Positions 1 to 17,570 are shown, counted from the first letter of the stretch. The stretch is DNA of 27,907 nucleotides from Candidatus Aminicenantes bacterium (GCA_016933355.1 JAFGBC010000211.1:1-27907), one strand, 5' to 3'. The notes: generated by a model from the letters alone, not told the origin. Translations and numbers: made by a program.

Positions 1-300
1 GCCGCGGCGGCCGCGGCCGCCGCCGCCTTCGTTTTAATCCGACCCGAAGGAGCGCCGCCCGGGCCGTTCGTATTCTCGTTCGAAGACACGGTCTCGTCCC
101 TCCTGCTGGAGATCGGCGACGACCCCGCCCTCGAGAGCTCGTTCGACCGAGCGCTTCAAGCCTCGCTCGACGAGACGGTCGGCGCGGCGGGGGAGGGGGC
201 TTTTGCCCCCGGTCCGGACGATCCGCTCTTCTGGGAAAAGCTGAGCGACCAGGACCTGTCGCGGCTCGAACCCGGACTTCAAGGTGAGAAGAAAACCTAG
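1..300 (+). CDS. 3' part of a membrane-anchored protein, possibly an ECF anti-sigma-like factor (5'-truncated)
   Basis: Frame +1 is open from base 1 to TAG at 298-300: AAAAAAAAAFVLIRPEGAPPGPFVFSFEDTVSSLLLEIGDDPALESSFDRALQASLDETVGAAGEGAFAPGPDDPLFWEKLSDQDLSRLEPGLQGEKKT*. It starts with the end of a hydrophobic helix followed by an acidic domain. It is not in the ORF track because no start codon is in the window. The function call rests only on context upstream of an LTxxQ protein. Confidence 0.55.
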   Translation, partial: AAAAAAAAAFVLIRPEGAPPGPFVFSFEDTVSSLLLEIGDDPALESSFDRALQASLDETVGAAGEGAFAPGPDDPLFWEKLSDQDLSRLEPGLQGEKKT

Positions 301-310
301 GAGGTCGACC

Positions 311-817
311 ATGATCAAGAGGAAAGCCGTTCGTGTTCGGCTGATTCCGGCGCTCCTCGCGCTGGCGGCGCTCGGCGCGTCGTTTGCCGCCGCGGCGCCC
401 GCCCCTCAGGCGCGGAGCCGGGAGAGGATCCGCGAGAACCTCCTGACGCTGAGGCTCCTGCGCATGACCCAGGCCCTGGACCTGACCGAGGAGCAGAGCG
501 CGATGATCTTTCCCGCCGTCAACCGGATCGAAAAGGAGAAGCTCGGCCTCCTCAGGCGGCTCAGCCCCGAGATCGAGGGGCTGCGCGAGGCCGTCCGGTC
601 GCCTGAACCCGACGAGGCCGATATCCTGGCCCGGGCCGACCGCGTCCGTGAGCTTAGAGACGCCGTCAAGGCAAAGGATGACGAGCTGGAAGCCTTCCTC
701 GAAGCCGGTCTGACCCCGGTCCAGAGGGCCAAATACCTTCTTTTCTCGGTGGATTTCTATAGAGGAATAGGTCAGATCCTGGAAAGGACCCGGCGGCCGG
801 GAGGGGCCGGCCGATGA
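311..817 (+). CDS. Periplasmic Spy/CpxP-like (LTxxQ-motif) helical protein
   Basis: ATG 311 follows AGGAGGT overlapping the upstream stop; the ORF track start at 284 is less likely. It has an N-terminal signal peptide (basic KRKAVRVR, hydrophobic core, AAA-type cleavage region) and two LTxxQ motifs (LDLTEEQ, LTPVQ) flanking amphipathic helices. Confidence 0.7.
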   Translation: MIKRKAVRVRLIPALLALAALGASFAAAAPAPQARSRERIRENLLTLRLLRMTQALDLTEEQSAMIFPAVNRIEKEKLGLLRRLSPEIEGLREAVRSPEPDEADILARADRVRELRDAVKAKDDELEAFLEAGLTPVQRAKYLLFSVDFYRGIGQILERTRRPGGAGR

Positions 818-871
818 GGCTTCAACCCTCTCCGGACCCCCCGGCCGGAATAAGTTTTTTTTCAGGGGATC

Positions 872-900
872 TTGACAAAAACTGGCATTTCAGATAGCAT
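872..900 (+). promoter_or_regulatory. sigma70-type promoter of the tRNA/rpmG/secE/nusG/rpl/rpo unit
   Basis: TTGACA (872-877), 17 bp spacer, TAGCAT (895-900). A T8 tract at 855-862 lies in the UP-element position, and a GC-rich CCTCC discriminator follows, as in stable-RNA promoters. Confidence 0.8.
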
Positions 901-1045
901 CCTCCAAGGACTCTTTTACTTTTAAAGAGTCACGGCGCGCGTAAGTCCGAGCTGGTCGAGAGAAAGAGCGTTTCGTAAGAATCTTTCTCTTAATCCACTC
1001 CCCCGGAATGCGGTCGGCTTGTTCATTTTTTGCTGTGGTGGATGT

Positions 1046-1118
1046 GCCAGCGTAGCTCAGCAGGTAGAGCGGCTGATTTGTAATCAGCGGGTCAGGGGTT
1101 CGAATCCCTTCGCTGGCT
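1046..1118 (+). tRNA. tRNA-Thr(TGT)
   Basis: Acceptor GCCAGCG/CGCTGGC, anticodon arm GCTGA-TT TGT AA-TCAGC, T loop GGTTCGAATCC. No encoded CCA. Confidence 0.96.
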
Positions 1119-1208
1119 CGCTGGGAGGCGAGCGGCCGCCGGCGCCGCGCAGGGCGACGACGGCGGTTTCAAAATTATTAAAAAAAGCGGTGTCGAACAA
1201 TGAAAAGC

Positions 1209-1291
1209 GGGCAGGTTCCAGAGTGGCCAAATGGGGCGGGCTGTAAACCCGCTGCGGAAACGCTTCGGAGGTTCGAATCCTTCCCTGCCCA
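1209..1291 (+). tRNA. tRNA-Tyr(GTA)
   Basis: Acceptor GGGCAGG/CCTGCCC, anticodon arm GCGGG-CT GTA AA-CCCGC, long variable arm GCGGAAACGC, GGTTCGAATCC. No encoded CCA. Confidence 0.96.
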
Positions 1292-1300
1292 CTGTTTTTC

Positions 1301-1374
<74 letters not shown>

Positions 1375-1392
1375 CTCGGCGTCAGCGGATGG

Positions 1393-1465
1393 GCCCAAGT
1401 AGCTCAGTTGGTAGAGCACGTCCTTGGTAAGGACGGGGTCACCAGTTCAATTCTGGTCTTGGGCT
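1393..1465 (+). tRNA. tRNA-Thr(GGT)
   Basis: Acceptor GCCCAAG/CTTGGGC, anticodon arm CGTCC-TT GGT AA-GGACG, T arm ACCAG-TTCAATT-CTGGT. No encoded CCA. Confidence 0.95.
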
Positions 1466-1522
1466 ATGACGATAAGCGAGCCTTCGGACGATAGATAAAG
1501 GACTTCAGGGAAAGGCGTCATC

Positions 1523-1672
1523 ATGAGAGAGAATGTGACTCTGCAATGCTCGGACTGCAAACGTCGCAACTACACCTCGACCCGGAACAAGAAGACGCAG
1601 ACCGAGAAGACGGAGCTCAAGAAGTTCTGCCCCTTCTGCCGGAAGCACACCCTCCACAAGGAAGTCAAGTGA
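1523..1672 (+). CDS. rpmG: 50S ribosomal protein L33 (Zn-binding C+ form)
   Basis: Manual translation MRENVTLQCSDCKRRNYTSTRNKKTQTEKTELKKFCPFCRKHTLHKEVK* (49 aa, two CxxC). It is missing from the ORF track and sits in the canonical position before tRNA-Trp/secE. Confidence 0.97.
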   Translation: MRENVTLQCSDCKRRNYTSTRNKKTQTEKTELKKFCPFCRKHTLHKEVK

Positions 1673-1701
1673 GCGACGGCGGAGAATTGGAAAGCCGCGA
1701 C

Positions 1702-1778
1702 AGGTGAGTAGCTCAACTGGCCAGAGCAGCGGTCTCCAAAACCGCAGGTTGGGGGTTCGAGTCCCTCCTCACCTGCCA
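1702..1778 (+). tRNA. tRNA-Trp(CCA)
   Basis: Acceptor AGGTGAG/CTCACCT, anticodon arm GCGGT-CT CCA AA-ACCGC, GGTTCGAGTCC, encoded 3' CCA at 1776-1778. Confidence 0.96.
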
Positions 1779-1822
1779 CTTTTTTCCGGGCCGGCCCCGG
1801 AGACGGTAGGGAAGGTGTCGTC

Positions 1823-2035
1823 ATGAGCGAAAAAGAGAGATGGTACAGGCGCTTCGTGCACTTCCTGAGGGACGTCCGTGCCGAGCTGAAGAAGGTCACC
1901 TGGCCGTCCAAGGCCGAGGTCTACAGCACGACCCTCGTCGTCATCCTGGCCACGATCTTCTTCGGCTTCTACCTGTTCCTGATGGATATCCTGGCGTCCT
2001 GGGGCCTGACCAAGGTCCGGGACATCCTGGGGTAG
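1823..2035 (+). CDS. secE: Preprotein translocase subunit SecE
   Basis: FLRDVRAELKKVTWPSK motif plus one TM helix, located between tRNA-Trp and nusG. Confidence 0.97.
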   Translation: MSEKERWYRRFVHFLRDVRAELKKVTWPSKAEVYSTTLVVILATIFFGFYLFLMDILASWGLTKVRDILG

Positions 2036-2048
2036 ACGGACCGTGTCT

Positions 2049-2579
2049 ATGGCCAAGAACTGGTACATCGTCCACACCTACTCCGGGTTCGAGAAGTTCG
2101 TCCGGGATTCCATCAAGGAGAGGGCGGCCGAGCTGAGCATCCAGGACCAGATCGGCGAGATCATCATCCCGACCGAGGACGTCGTCGAGATCCGGGGCGG
2201 CAAGAAGGTCGTGACGACCAAGCGGGCCTACCCCGGCTACATCCTGGTCGAAATGGACCTGACCGACGAGAACTGGCTTATCATCCGCGATACGCCCAAG
2301 GTCACCGGCTTTGTCGGGTCCGGCAAGAAACCCTCCCCCCTGGGCCAGGACGAAGTCAGCCAGATCGTCAAGCACATGGAGACGACCTCGGAGAAGCCCA
2401 AGCCCAAGCACTCCTTCGAGAAGGGCGAGGCCGTCCGGATCATCGACGGCCCCTTCTTCAACTTCAACGGGCTGGTCGAGGACGTCAACCACGAGAAGAA
2501 CACCCTCAAGGTCATGGTCACGATCTTCGGCCGGTCGACCCCCGTCGAGCTCGAATTCCTGCAGGTCGAAAAGATATAG
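2049..2579 (+). CDS. nusG: Transcription termination/antitermination factor NusG
   Basis: [27 protein letters not shown] and KOW domain [11 protein letters not shown]...[15 protein letters not shown] 2049 is preferred over GTG 2043. Confidence 0.98.
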   Translation: MAKNWYIVHTYSGFEKFVRDSIKERAAELSIQDQIGEIIIPTEDVVEIRGGKKVVTTKRAYPGYILVEMDLTDENWLIIRDTPKVTGFVGSGKKPSPLGQDEVSQIVKHMETTSEKPKPKHSFEKGEAVRIIDGPFFNFNGLVEDVNHEKNTLKVMVTIFGRSTPVELEFLQVEKI

Positions 2580-2588
2580 GAGGAACGG

Positions 2589-3020
2589 ATGTCCAAGGAA
2601 GTCGTCGCCAAGATCAAGCTCCAGATCGTGGCCGGCCAGGCCAGCCCGGCGCCCCCGGTCGGCCCGGCCCTCGGCCAGCACAACGTCAACATCATGGATT
2701 TCGTCCGCCAGTTCAACGAGAAGACGCGGACGATGGAAGAGGGGATGGTCGTCCCCGTCATCATCACCGTCTTCAAGGACAAGAAGTTCCAGTTCGCCCT
2801 CAAGACCCCGCCCGCCTCCTACCTCCTCAAGAAGGCGGCCGGGATCGCCAAGGGCTCGGGCGCGCCCAACAAGGACAAGGTCGGCAAGGTCAGCGCCAAG
2901 CAGCTCGAGGACATCGCCCGGCTGAAGCTCCCCGACCTCAACGCCACCGACCTCGAGGCCGCCAAGCGGATCATCGAAGGGACCGCCAAGAATATGGGAT
3001 TGGAGATCGTCCGTGACTAA
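2589..3020 (+). CDS. rplK: 50S ribosomal protein L11
   Basis: [41 protein letters not shown]. Confidence 0.98.
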   Translation: MSKEVVAKIKLQIVAGQASPAPPVGPALGQHNVNIMDFVRQFNEKTRTMEEGMVVPVIITVFKDKKFQFALKTPPASYLLKKAAGIAKGSGAPNKDKVGKVSAKQLEDIARLKLPDLNATDLEAAKRIIEGTAKNMGLEIVRD

Positions 3021-3723
3021 GCATGGAAAGAAGTACACCCAAGCCCGGACCCTCAAGGAGGAGACCAAGGCCTACACCGTCGAGGAGGCCGTCGCCCTGC
3101 TCAAGAAGGCCGCCTACGCCAAGTTCGACGAGTCCGTGGACGTGTCCCTCCGGCTCGGGGTCAACCCCAAGTATTCGGACCAGATGGTCCGGGGCACGGT
3201 CGTCCTGCCCCACGGGACGGGACGGACCAAGAAGATCTGCGTCATCGCCGCGGGCGAGAAGATCAAGGAAGCCGAGCAGGCCGGGGCCGACTACGCCGGC
3301 GGCGACGACCTGATCGAGAAGATCGCCGGCGGCTGGATCGACTTCGACGTCGTCATCGCCACCCCGGACGTCATGCGCGGCGTCGGCAAGCTGGGCCGCA
3401 TCCTGGGGACCAAGGGCCTGATGCCCAACCCCAAGGCCGGCACGGTGACCTTCGACGTCAAGAGGGCCGTCGAGGAGACCAAGGCCGGCAAGATCGAGTT
3501 CCGGGTCGACAAGACCTCGATCATCCATTCGCCGGTCGGCAAGGTCTCCTTCAGCGAGGCCCACCTCGCCGACAACATCCAGACCTTCCTCCAGGCCATC
3601 CTTCACGCTAAGCCGGCCGCCGCCAAGGGGAAATACATCCGGTCGATGGCGGTGTCCTCGACGATGGGGCCGTCCTTCCGGCTGTCCGAGGACATCCTGG
3701 AGAAAGAGGAGAAATCGAAGTGA
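3013..3723 (+). CDS. rplA: 50S ribosomal protein L1
   Basis: GTG start; [41 protein letters not shown]. Confidence 0.98.
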   Translation: MTKHGKKYTQARTLKEETKAYTVEEAVALLKKAAYAKFDESVDVSLRLGVNPKYSDQMVRGTVVLPHGTGRTKKICVIAAGEKIKEAEQAGADYAGGDDLIEKIAGGWIDFDVVIATPDVMRGVGKLGRILGTKGLMPNPKAGTVTFDVKRAVEETKAGKIEFRVDKTSIIHSPVGKVSFSEAHLADNIQTFLQAILHAKPAAAKGKYIRSMAVSSTMGPSFRLSEDILEKEEKSK

Positions 3724-4232
3724 AGCGCGAAATCAAGGTCACGACCGGCCAGCGCTTGGCCGAGGCCTTCAAGGCCAACGACAGCTTCTTCCTGCTCGAG
3801 TTCAAGAAGATGCCCGTCGCCCAGTCCGTCGAGCTCCGCAAGCTCCTCCGCAAGAACGCCTACACCTTCAAGGTCGTCAAGAACCGGATCGCCCTGCGGG
3901 CGCTCCCCTCGTCCGTCCCGGCCGAGGTCCGGCCCTTCTTCGTCCGGCCCTCGGCGATCGCCTTCGCCGACCACGACCCGATCGGGCTGGCCCGGATCCT
4001 GCGCGAGTTCGCGGTCCAGGCCAAGACCCTGACCGTCAAGGCCGGCGTCGTCGAGGGCCTCTTCCTGGACGGGGAGCGCTTCCCCGAGATCGCCAAGCTC
4101 GGGTCGCGCAACGACCTCCTGGCAAGGTTCGGCGCCGTGCTCGCCCATCCGCTCCGTCACTTTCAAACGACCTGGCAAGCCCCCCTTTCCGGCCTGGGCA
4201 GGTTGTTGACTCAGCTTAAAAACCAAAAATAG
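3720..4232 (+). CDS. rplJ: 50S ribosomal protein L10
   Basis: ELRK...[11 protein letters not shown] core and long C-terminal helix. GTG start overlaps the rplA stop (GTGA); lies between rplA and rplL. Confidence 0.93.
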   Translation: MKREIKVTTGQRLAEAFKANDSFFLLEFKKMPVAQSVELRKLLRKNAYTFKVVKNRIALRALPSSVPAEVRPFFVRPSAIAFADHDPIGLARILREFAVQAKTLTVKAGVVEGLFLDGERFPEIAKLGSRNDLLARFGAVLAHPLRHFQTTWQAPLSGLGRLLTQLKNQK

Positions 4233-4246
4233 GGTTGGAGGTAAAC

Positions 4247-4636
4247 ATGTCCCAAGAAAAACTCACCAAGGAACAGTTCTTCGCGCACCTGGATCAGATG
4301 ACCGTCCTCGAGCTCGCCGACTACATCAAGGAATTCGAGACCCGCTACGGCATCAGCGCCGCCGCCGCGATCCCCGTGGCCGTCCCGGGCGCCGCCGCCG
4401 GCGAAGCCAAGGTGGAAGAGGTCAAGACCGAGTTCAACGTCATCCTCAAGGACGTCGGGGACAAGAAGATCAACGTCATCAAGGTCGTCCGCGAGGTCAC
4501 CAGCCTCGGCCTCAAGGAGGCCAAGGACCTCGTCGACGCCGCGCCCAAGCCGCTCAAGGAAAAGGTCACCAAGGAAGAGGCCGACGCCATCAAGGCCAAG
4601 TTCGCCGAAGTCGGCGCCGTTGTCGAGATCCAGTGA
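4247..4636 (+). CDS. rplL: 50S ribosomal protein L7/L12
   Basis: MTVLEL, Ala-rich hinge, [31 protein letters not shown] 4247 follows GGAGGT. Confidence 0.98.
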   Translation: MSQEKLTKEQFFAHLDQMTVLELADYIKEFETRYGISAAAAIPVAVPGAAAGEAKVEEVKTEFNVILKDVGDKKINVIKVVREVTSLGLKEAKDLVDAAPKPLKEKVTKEEADAIKAKFAEVGAVVEIQ

Positions 4637-4653
4637 GCCCGGACGCTCCGGGC
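4637..4653 (+). other. Short GC hairpin directly after the rplL stop
   Basis: GCCCGGA-cgc-TCCGGGC with no U tract, so it is not called a terminator. Confidence 0.4.
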
Positions 4654-4734
4654 GCTGGAGCTCGGGAGAGGAGTCGGATCCGGTGATAAGACGGGACGGG
4701 CCGTCCGCCGGCACTTCCTTTGACGCGAGGGACG

Positions 4735-9015
<4,281 letters not shown>

Positions 9016-9017
9016 GG

Positions 9018-13187
<4,170 letters not shown>

Positions 13188-13209
13188 CAGGGATATTTCG
13201 CCAGGGATG

Positions 13210-13238
13210 TTGACAGAAAATGACAATTTTGGTAATAT
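13210..13238 (+). promoter_or_regulatory. sigma70-type promoter of rpsL (str-S10-spc unit)
   Basis: TTGACA (13210-13215), 17 bp spacer, TAATAT (13233-13238) preceded by TGG (extended -10 TGn), 22 nt after the rpoC stop. Confidence 0.82.
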
Positions 13239-13245
13239 CCGAACA

Positions 13246-13275
13246 TTCTTCTCGGGACGTCTGTCCCGGGAGGAA
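13246..13275 (+). other. Hairpin in the rpsL 5' leader
   Basis: TTCTTCTCGGGAC-gtct-GTCCCGGGAGGAA forms ~13 bp including G-U pairs, followed 7 nt later by T6 (13283-13288). Confidence 0.5.
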
Positions 13276-13316
13276 TGCCCTGTTTTTTAATTCATTATAA
13301 GAGAGGAGTAGCCGTT

Positions 13317-13706
13317 TTGCCGACCGTTAACCAGCTTGTTCGAAAAGGGCGGTCCTTTAAGGGATATAAGAGCAAATCGCCCGCTCTCGAGAGATGTCCC
13401 CAGAAGAGAGGCGTCTGCATCCGCGTCTTCACGACGACCCCCAAGAAGCCGAATTCGGCCATGCGCAAGGTCGCCCGCGTCCGCCTTTCCAACAACGTCG
13501 AGGTCACCGGCTACATCCCCGGCGTCGGCCACAACCTCCAGGAACACTCGATTGTCCTGGTCCGGGGCGGGCGCGTCAAGGACCTGCCGGGCGTCCGCTA
13601 CCATTTGGTCCGCGGAACGCTCGACTCGGAAGGCGTCCAGAACCGCATGCAGGGGCGCTCGCGCTACGGCGCCAAGCGGCCCAAGGAAAAGAAGGTCGCT
13701 TCCTAG
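13317..13706 (+). CDS. rpsL: 30S ribosomal protein S12
   Basis: TTG start 13317 gives [12 protein letters not shown] after GAGGAG; [11 protein letters not shown] and [10 protein letters not shown] present. The ORF track start at 13275 is an over-extension. Confidence 0.98.
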   Translation: MPTVNQLVRKGRSFKGYKSKSPALERCPQKRGVCIRVFTTTPKKPNSAMRKVARVRLSNNVEVTGYIPGVGHNLQEHSIVLVRGGRVKDLPGVRYHLVRGTLDSEGVQNRMQGRSRYGAKRPKEKKVAS

Positions 13707-13724
13707 CGCCCCAGGAGTCCCCCG

Positions 13725-14195
13725 ATGCCCAGACGCGGAATCGTCAAGAAGCGCAAGCCCCAGGCCGACCCGTTCTACAACAGCACCCTGATCGCTAAGT
13801 TCGTCAACCTGACCATGAAGCGCGGGAAGAAGAGCACGGCCGAGCGGGTCATCTACAACACGATGGCCATCGTCAAGGACAAGGCCAAGGAGGACCCCCT
13901 CAAGGCCATGGAAAAGGCGATCGAGAACGTCCGGCCCCTCCTGGAGACCAAGTCGCGGCGCGTCGGCGGCGCGACCTATCAGGTCCCGATCGAGGTCTCG
14001 ACGGCGCGCTCGACCTCGCTGGGCATCCGCTGGCTGATCAAGTACGCCTCGGAGCGGGGCGGCCGGACCATGGAAGAGAAGCTCTCGGCCGAGATCCTGG
14101 ACGCCCTGACCAACAAGGGCGGCGCGGTCAAGAAGCGCGAAGACACGCACAAGATGGCGGAGTCCAACAGGGCGTTCGCCCACTATAAATGGTAG
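13725..14195 (+). CDS. rpsG: 30S ribosomal protein S7
   Basis: MPRR, GKKSTAE, SRRVGGATYQVP, HKMAESNRAFAHY. Confidence 0.98.
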   Translation: MPRRGIVKKRKPQADPFYNSTLIAKFVNLTMKRGKKSTAERVIYNTMAIVKDKAKEDPLKAMEKAIENVRPLLETKSRRVGGATYQVPIEVSTARSTSLGIRWLIKYASERGGRTMEEKLSAEILDALTNKGGAVKKREDTHKMAESNRAFAHYKW

Positions 14196-14249
14196 TCTCC
14201 CGTATTCGCACAAAGCGAGTGACTCTGAGACTGATGGAGAAAAGGAGTT

Positions 14250-16340
14250 ATGCGTTCCTATCCGATCGAGCGCGTCAGGAACATCGGTATCATGGCGCAC
14301 ATCGATGCCGGCAAGACGACGACCACGGAGCGCATCCTTTTCTACACGGGGATCACCTACAAGATGGGCGAGGTGGACGACGGGACCGCGGTTATGGACT
14401 GGATGGCCCAGGAACAGGAGCGCGGGATCACGATCACGTCCGCCGCGACGACCTGCGTCTGGAATAGCCACCGCATCAACATCATCGATACGCCCGGCCA
14501 TGTCGATTTCACGGCCGAGGTGGAACGATGCATGCGGGTCCTGGACGGGGCCGTCGTCATTTTGTGCGGCGTGGGCGGTGTCGAGCCCCAATCGGAGACG
14601 GTCTGGCGACAGGCCGACCGCTACCGGGTCCCGCGCATCGTCTACATCAACAAGATGGACCGCGTCGGCGCCGAGCCGGAGCGGGCCGTCGAGGAGATCC
14701 GGACGCGGCTGGGCGCCCAGCCCCTTCCGGTCCAGATGCCCCTGGGACGGGAAGACACGTTCCGGGGCGTCGTCGACCTCGTCGGCATGAAGGAGATCGA
14801 CTGGGGCGCCGGTCTGCTGGGGACCTCCTTAGAGGTCCGGGACGTCGCCGAGGAACGGCGACAGGACGCGTTGACGAAAAGGACGGAGATGATCGAAACG
14901 CTGAGCGAGATGGACGACACCCTGCTCGAGATGTATCTGAGCGGGGCCGAGATCGGTCCGGCCGAGCTCCGGGCCACGATCCGGCGCCGGACGATCGCCT
15001 TCGACGTCGTGCCCGTCCTCTACGGCGCCTCGTTCCGGAACAAGGGCGTCCACCCCCTGCTCGACGCCGTCGTCGACTACCTGCCCTCGCCGGCCGACCT
15101 GCCTCCCGTCGTCGGCCACCATCCGCGCAGCCTGGATGTCGAGACGCGGCCCCCGGCCGACGACGAGCCGTTCGCCGGCCTCGTCTTCAAGATCATGAAC
15201 GACCCCTATGTCGGCTCGCTCGCCTACCTCCGCGTCTACTCGGGGAAGGTCCGGCTCGGCCAAGCCGTCCATAATCCGACCAAGGACGAGGACGAGCGCC
15301 TGACCCGGATCCTGGAGATGCACGCCAATAAACGGCGCGAGGTCCAGGAGCTCTATGCCGGGGACATCGCCGCCCTCGGCGCCCTCAAGAACGTCGCGAC
15401 CGGCGACACTCTCTGCCTCAAGAGCCGCCCCCTTGTCCTCGAGTCCATCAAGTTCCCCGACCCGGTCGTGGCCGCCACGATCGAGCCCGAGACCAAGGCC
15501 GACCATACCCGCCTCGCCAACGCCCTGGCCAAGATGGTCAAGGAGGACCCGACCTTCCAGGTCGCCCGCGACCCGAACACGGGCCAGAACCTGGTCCGCG
15601 GGATGGGCGAGCTCCACCTCGAGATCATCATGGACCGTATGGCCAGGGAATACGGCGTCCGGGCCCGGTTAGGCAAGCCTCAGGTCGCCTACAAGGAGAC
15701 CCTGCGGGCCGCGTCCGAGGCGGAGGCGACCTACGACCGCCAGGCCGGCGGCCGGAGCCAGTACGGGCGCTGCCGGGTCCGGGTCGAGCCGCTGGAGCGC
15801 GGGGCCGGGTTCGCCTTCGTCGACGAGGCGCGGGCGTCGGACCTGCCTAAGGAGTTCGCCTCCTCGGTCGAGAACGGGGTTCTGGAAGCCATGGACGCCG
15901 GGATCTTGGCCGGCTTCCCGATGGCCGACATCCGGGTCACCCTGCTCGAGGGCGCCTTCCGCGAGGACGACTCGACCCCGCTCGCCTTCAAGATCGCGGG
16001 CGCGCTGGCCTTCAAGGAGGCCGCCGTCAAGGCCTCGCCCGTCCTGCTCGAGCCGATCATGAAGCTCGAGGTCATCGTCTCCGACGAGTACTTGGGCGAC
16101 GTGGTCGGGGACATCAACGCCCGCCGGGGCCGGGTTGAGGGCATGGAGCTGAGGGCGGGCGCCCGCGCCGTCAAGGCCTTCGCCCCCCTGGCCGAGATGT
16201 TCGGATACGCCACCATCCTCCGCACTCTGACTCAGGGCCGCGGAGTTTTTACTATGGAGTTCTTCCGGTACGAGCAGACTCCGCCGGCCGTCGCCGAGGA
16301 GATCATCGCCCGCATCGAGGGAAGGATTCCGGCTTATTAA
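14250..16340 (+). CDS. fusA: Elongation factor G (str-operon copy, divergent domain IV)
   Basis: [66 protein letters not shown]; 696 aa between rpsG and tuf. Confidence 0.95.
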   Translation: MRSYPIERVRNIGIMAHIDAGKTTTTERILFYTGITYKMGEVDDGTAVMDWMAQEQERGITITSAATTCVWNSHRINIIDTPGHVDFTAEVERCMRVLDGAVVILCGVGGVEPQSETVWRQADRYRVPRIVYINKMDRVGAEPERAVEEIRTRLGAQPLPVQMPLGREDTFRGVVDLVGMKEIDWGAGLLGTSLEVRDVAEERRQDALTKRTEMIETLSEMDDTLLEMYLSGAEIGPAELRATIRRRTIAFDVVPVLYGASFRNKGVHPLLDAVVDYLPSPADLPPVVGHHPRSLDVETRPPADDEPFAGLVFKIMNDPYVGSLAYLRVYSGKVRLGQAVHNPTKDEDERLTRILEMHANKRREVQELYAGDIAALGALKNVATGDTLCLKSRPLVLESIKFPDPVVAATIEPETKADHTRLANALAKMVKEDPTFQVARDPNTGQNLVRGMGELHLEIIMDRMAREYGVRARLGKPQVAYKETLRAASEAEATYDRQAGGRSQYGRCRVRVEPLERGAGFAFVDEARASDLPKEFASSVENGVLEAMDAGILAGFPMADIRVTLLEGAFREDDSTPLAFKIAGALAFKEAAVKASPVLLEPIMKLEVIVSDEYLGDVVGDINARRGRVEGMELRAGARAVKAFAPLAEMFGYATILRTLTQGRGVFTMEFFRYEQTPPAVAEEIIARIEGRIPAY

Positions 16341-16366
16341 GACGCTGAGAGGAGGTTCCAGCAGCC

Positions 16367-17569
<1,203 letters not shown>

Positions 17570-17570
17570 C

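Noticed and set aside
1-27. GCC/GCG repeat at the window start as a tandem repeat
   Set aside because: It is an in-frame run of nine Ala codons in a hydrophobic helix and is common in high-GC genes.
34-732. Minus-strand ORFs 34..318 and 406..732
   Set aside because: They are antisense to better supported plus-strand frames that have typical codon usage and an RBS.
1165-1205. AT-rich stretch between tRNA-Thr and tRNA-Tyr as a promoter
   Set aside because: No correctly spaced -35/-10 pair is present. It is more likely a spacer or processing region.
4206-4234. TTGACT at the end of rplJ as an internal rplL promoter
   Set aside because: There is no acceptable -10 hexamer at 16-18 bp spacing.
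13317-13706. Streptomycin-resistance alleles in S12
   Set aside because: The K42/43 (TPKKPNS) and K87/88 (RVKDLPG) equivalents are wild type.
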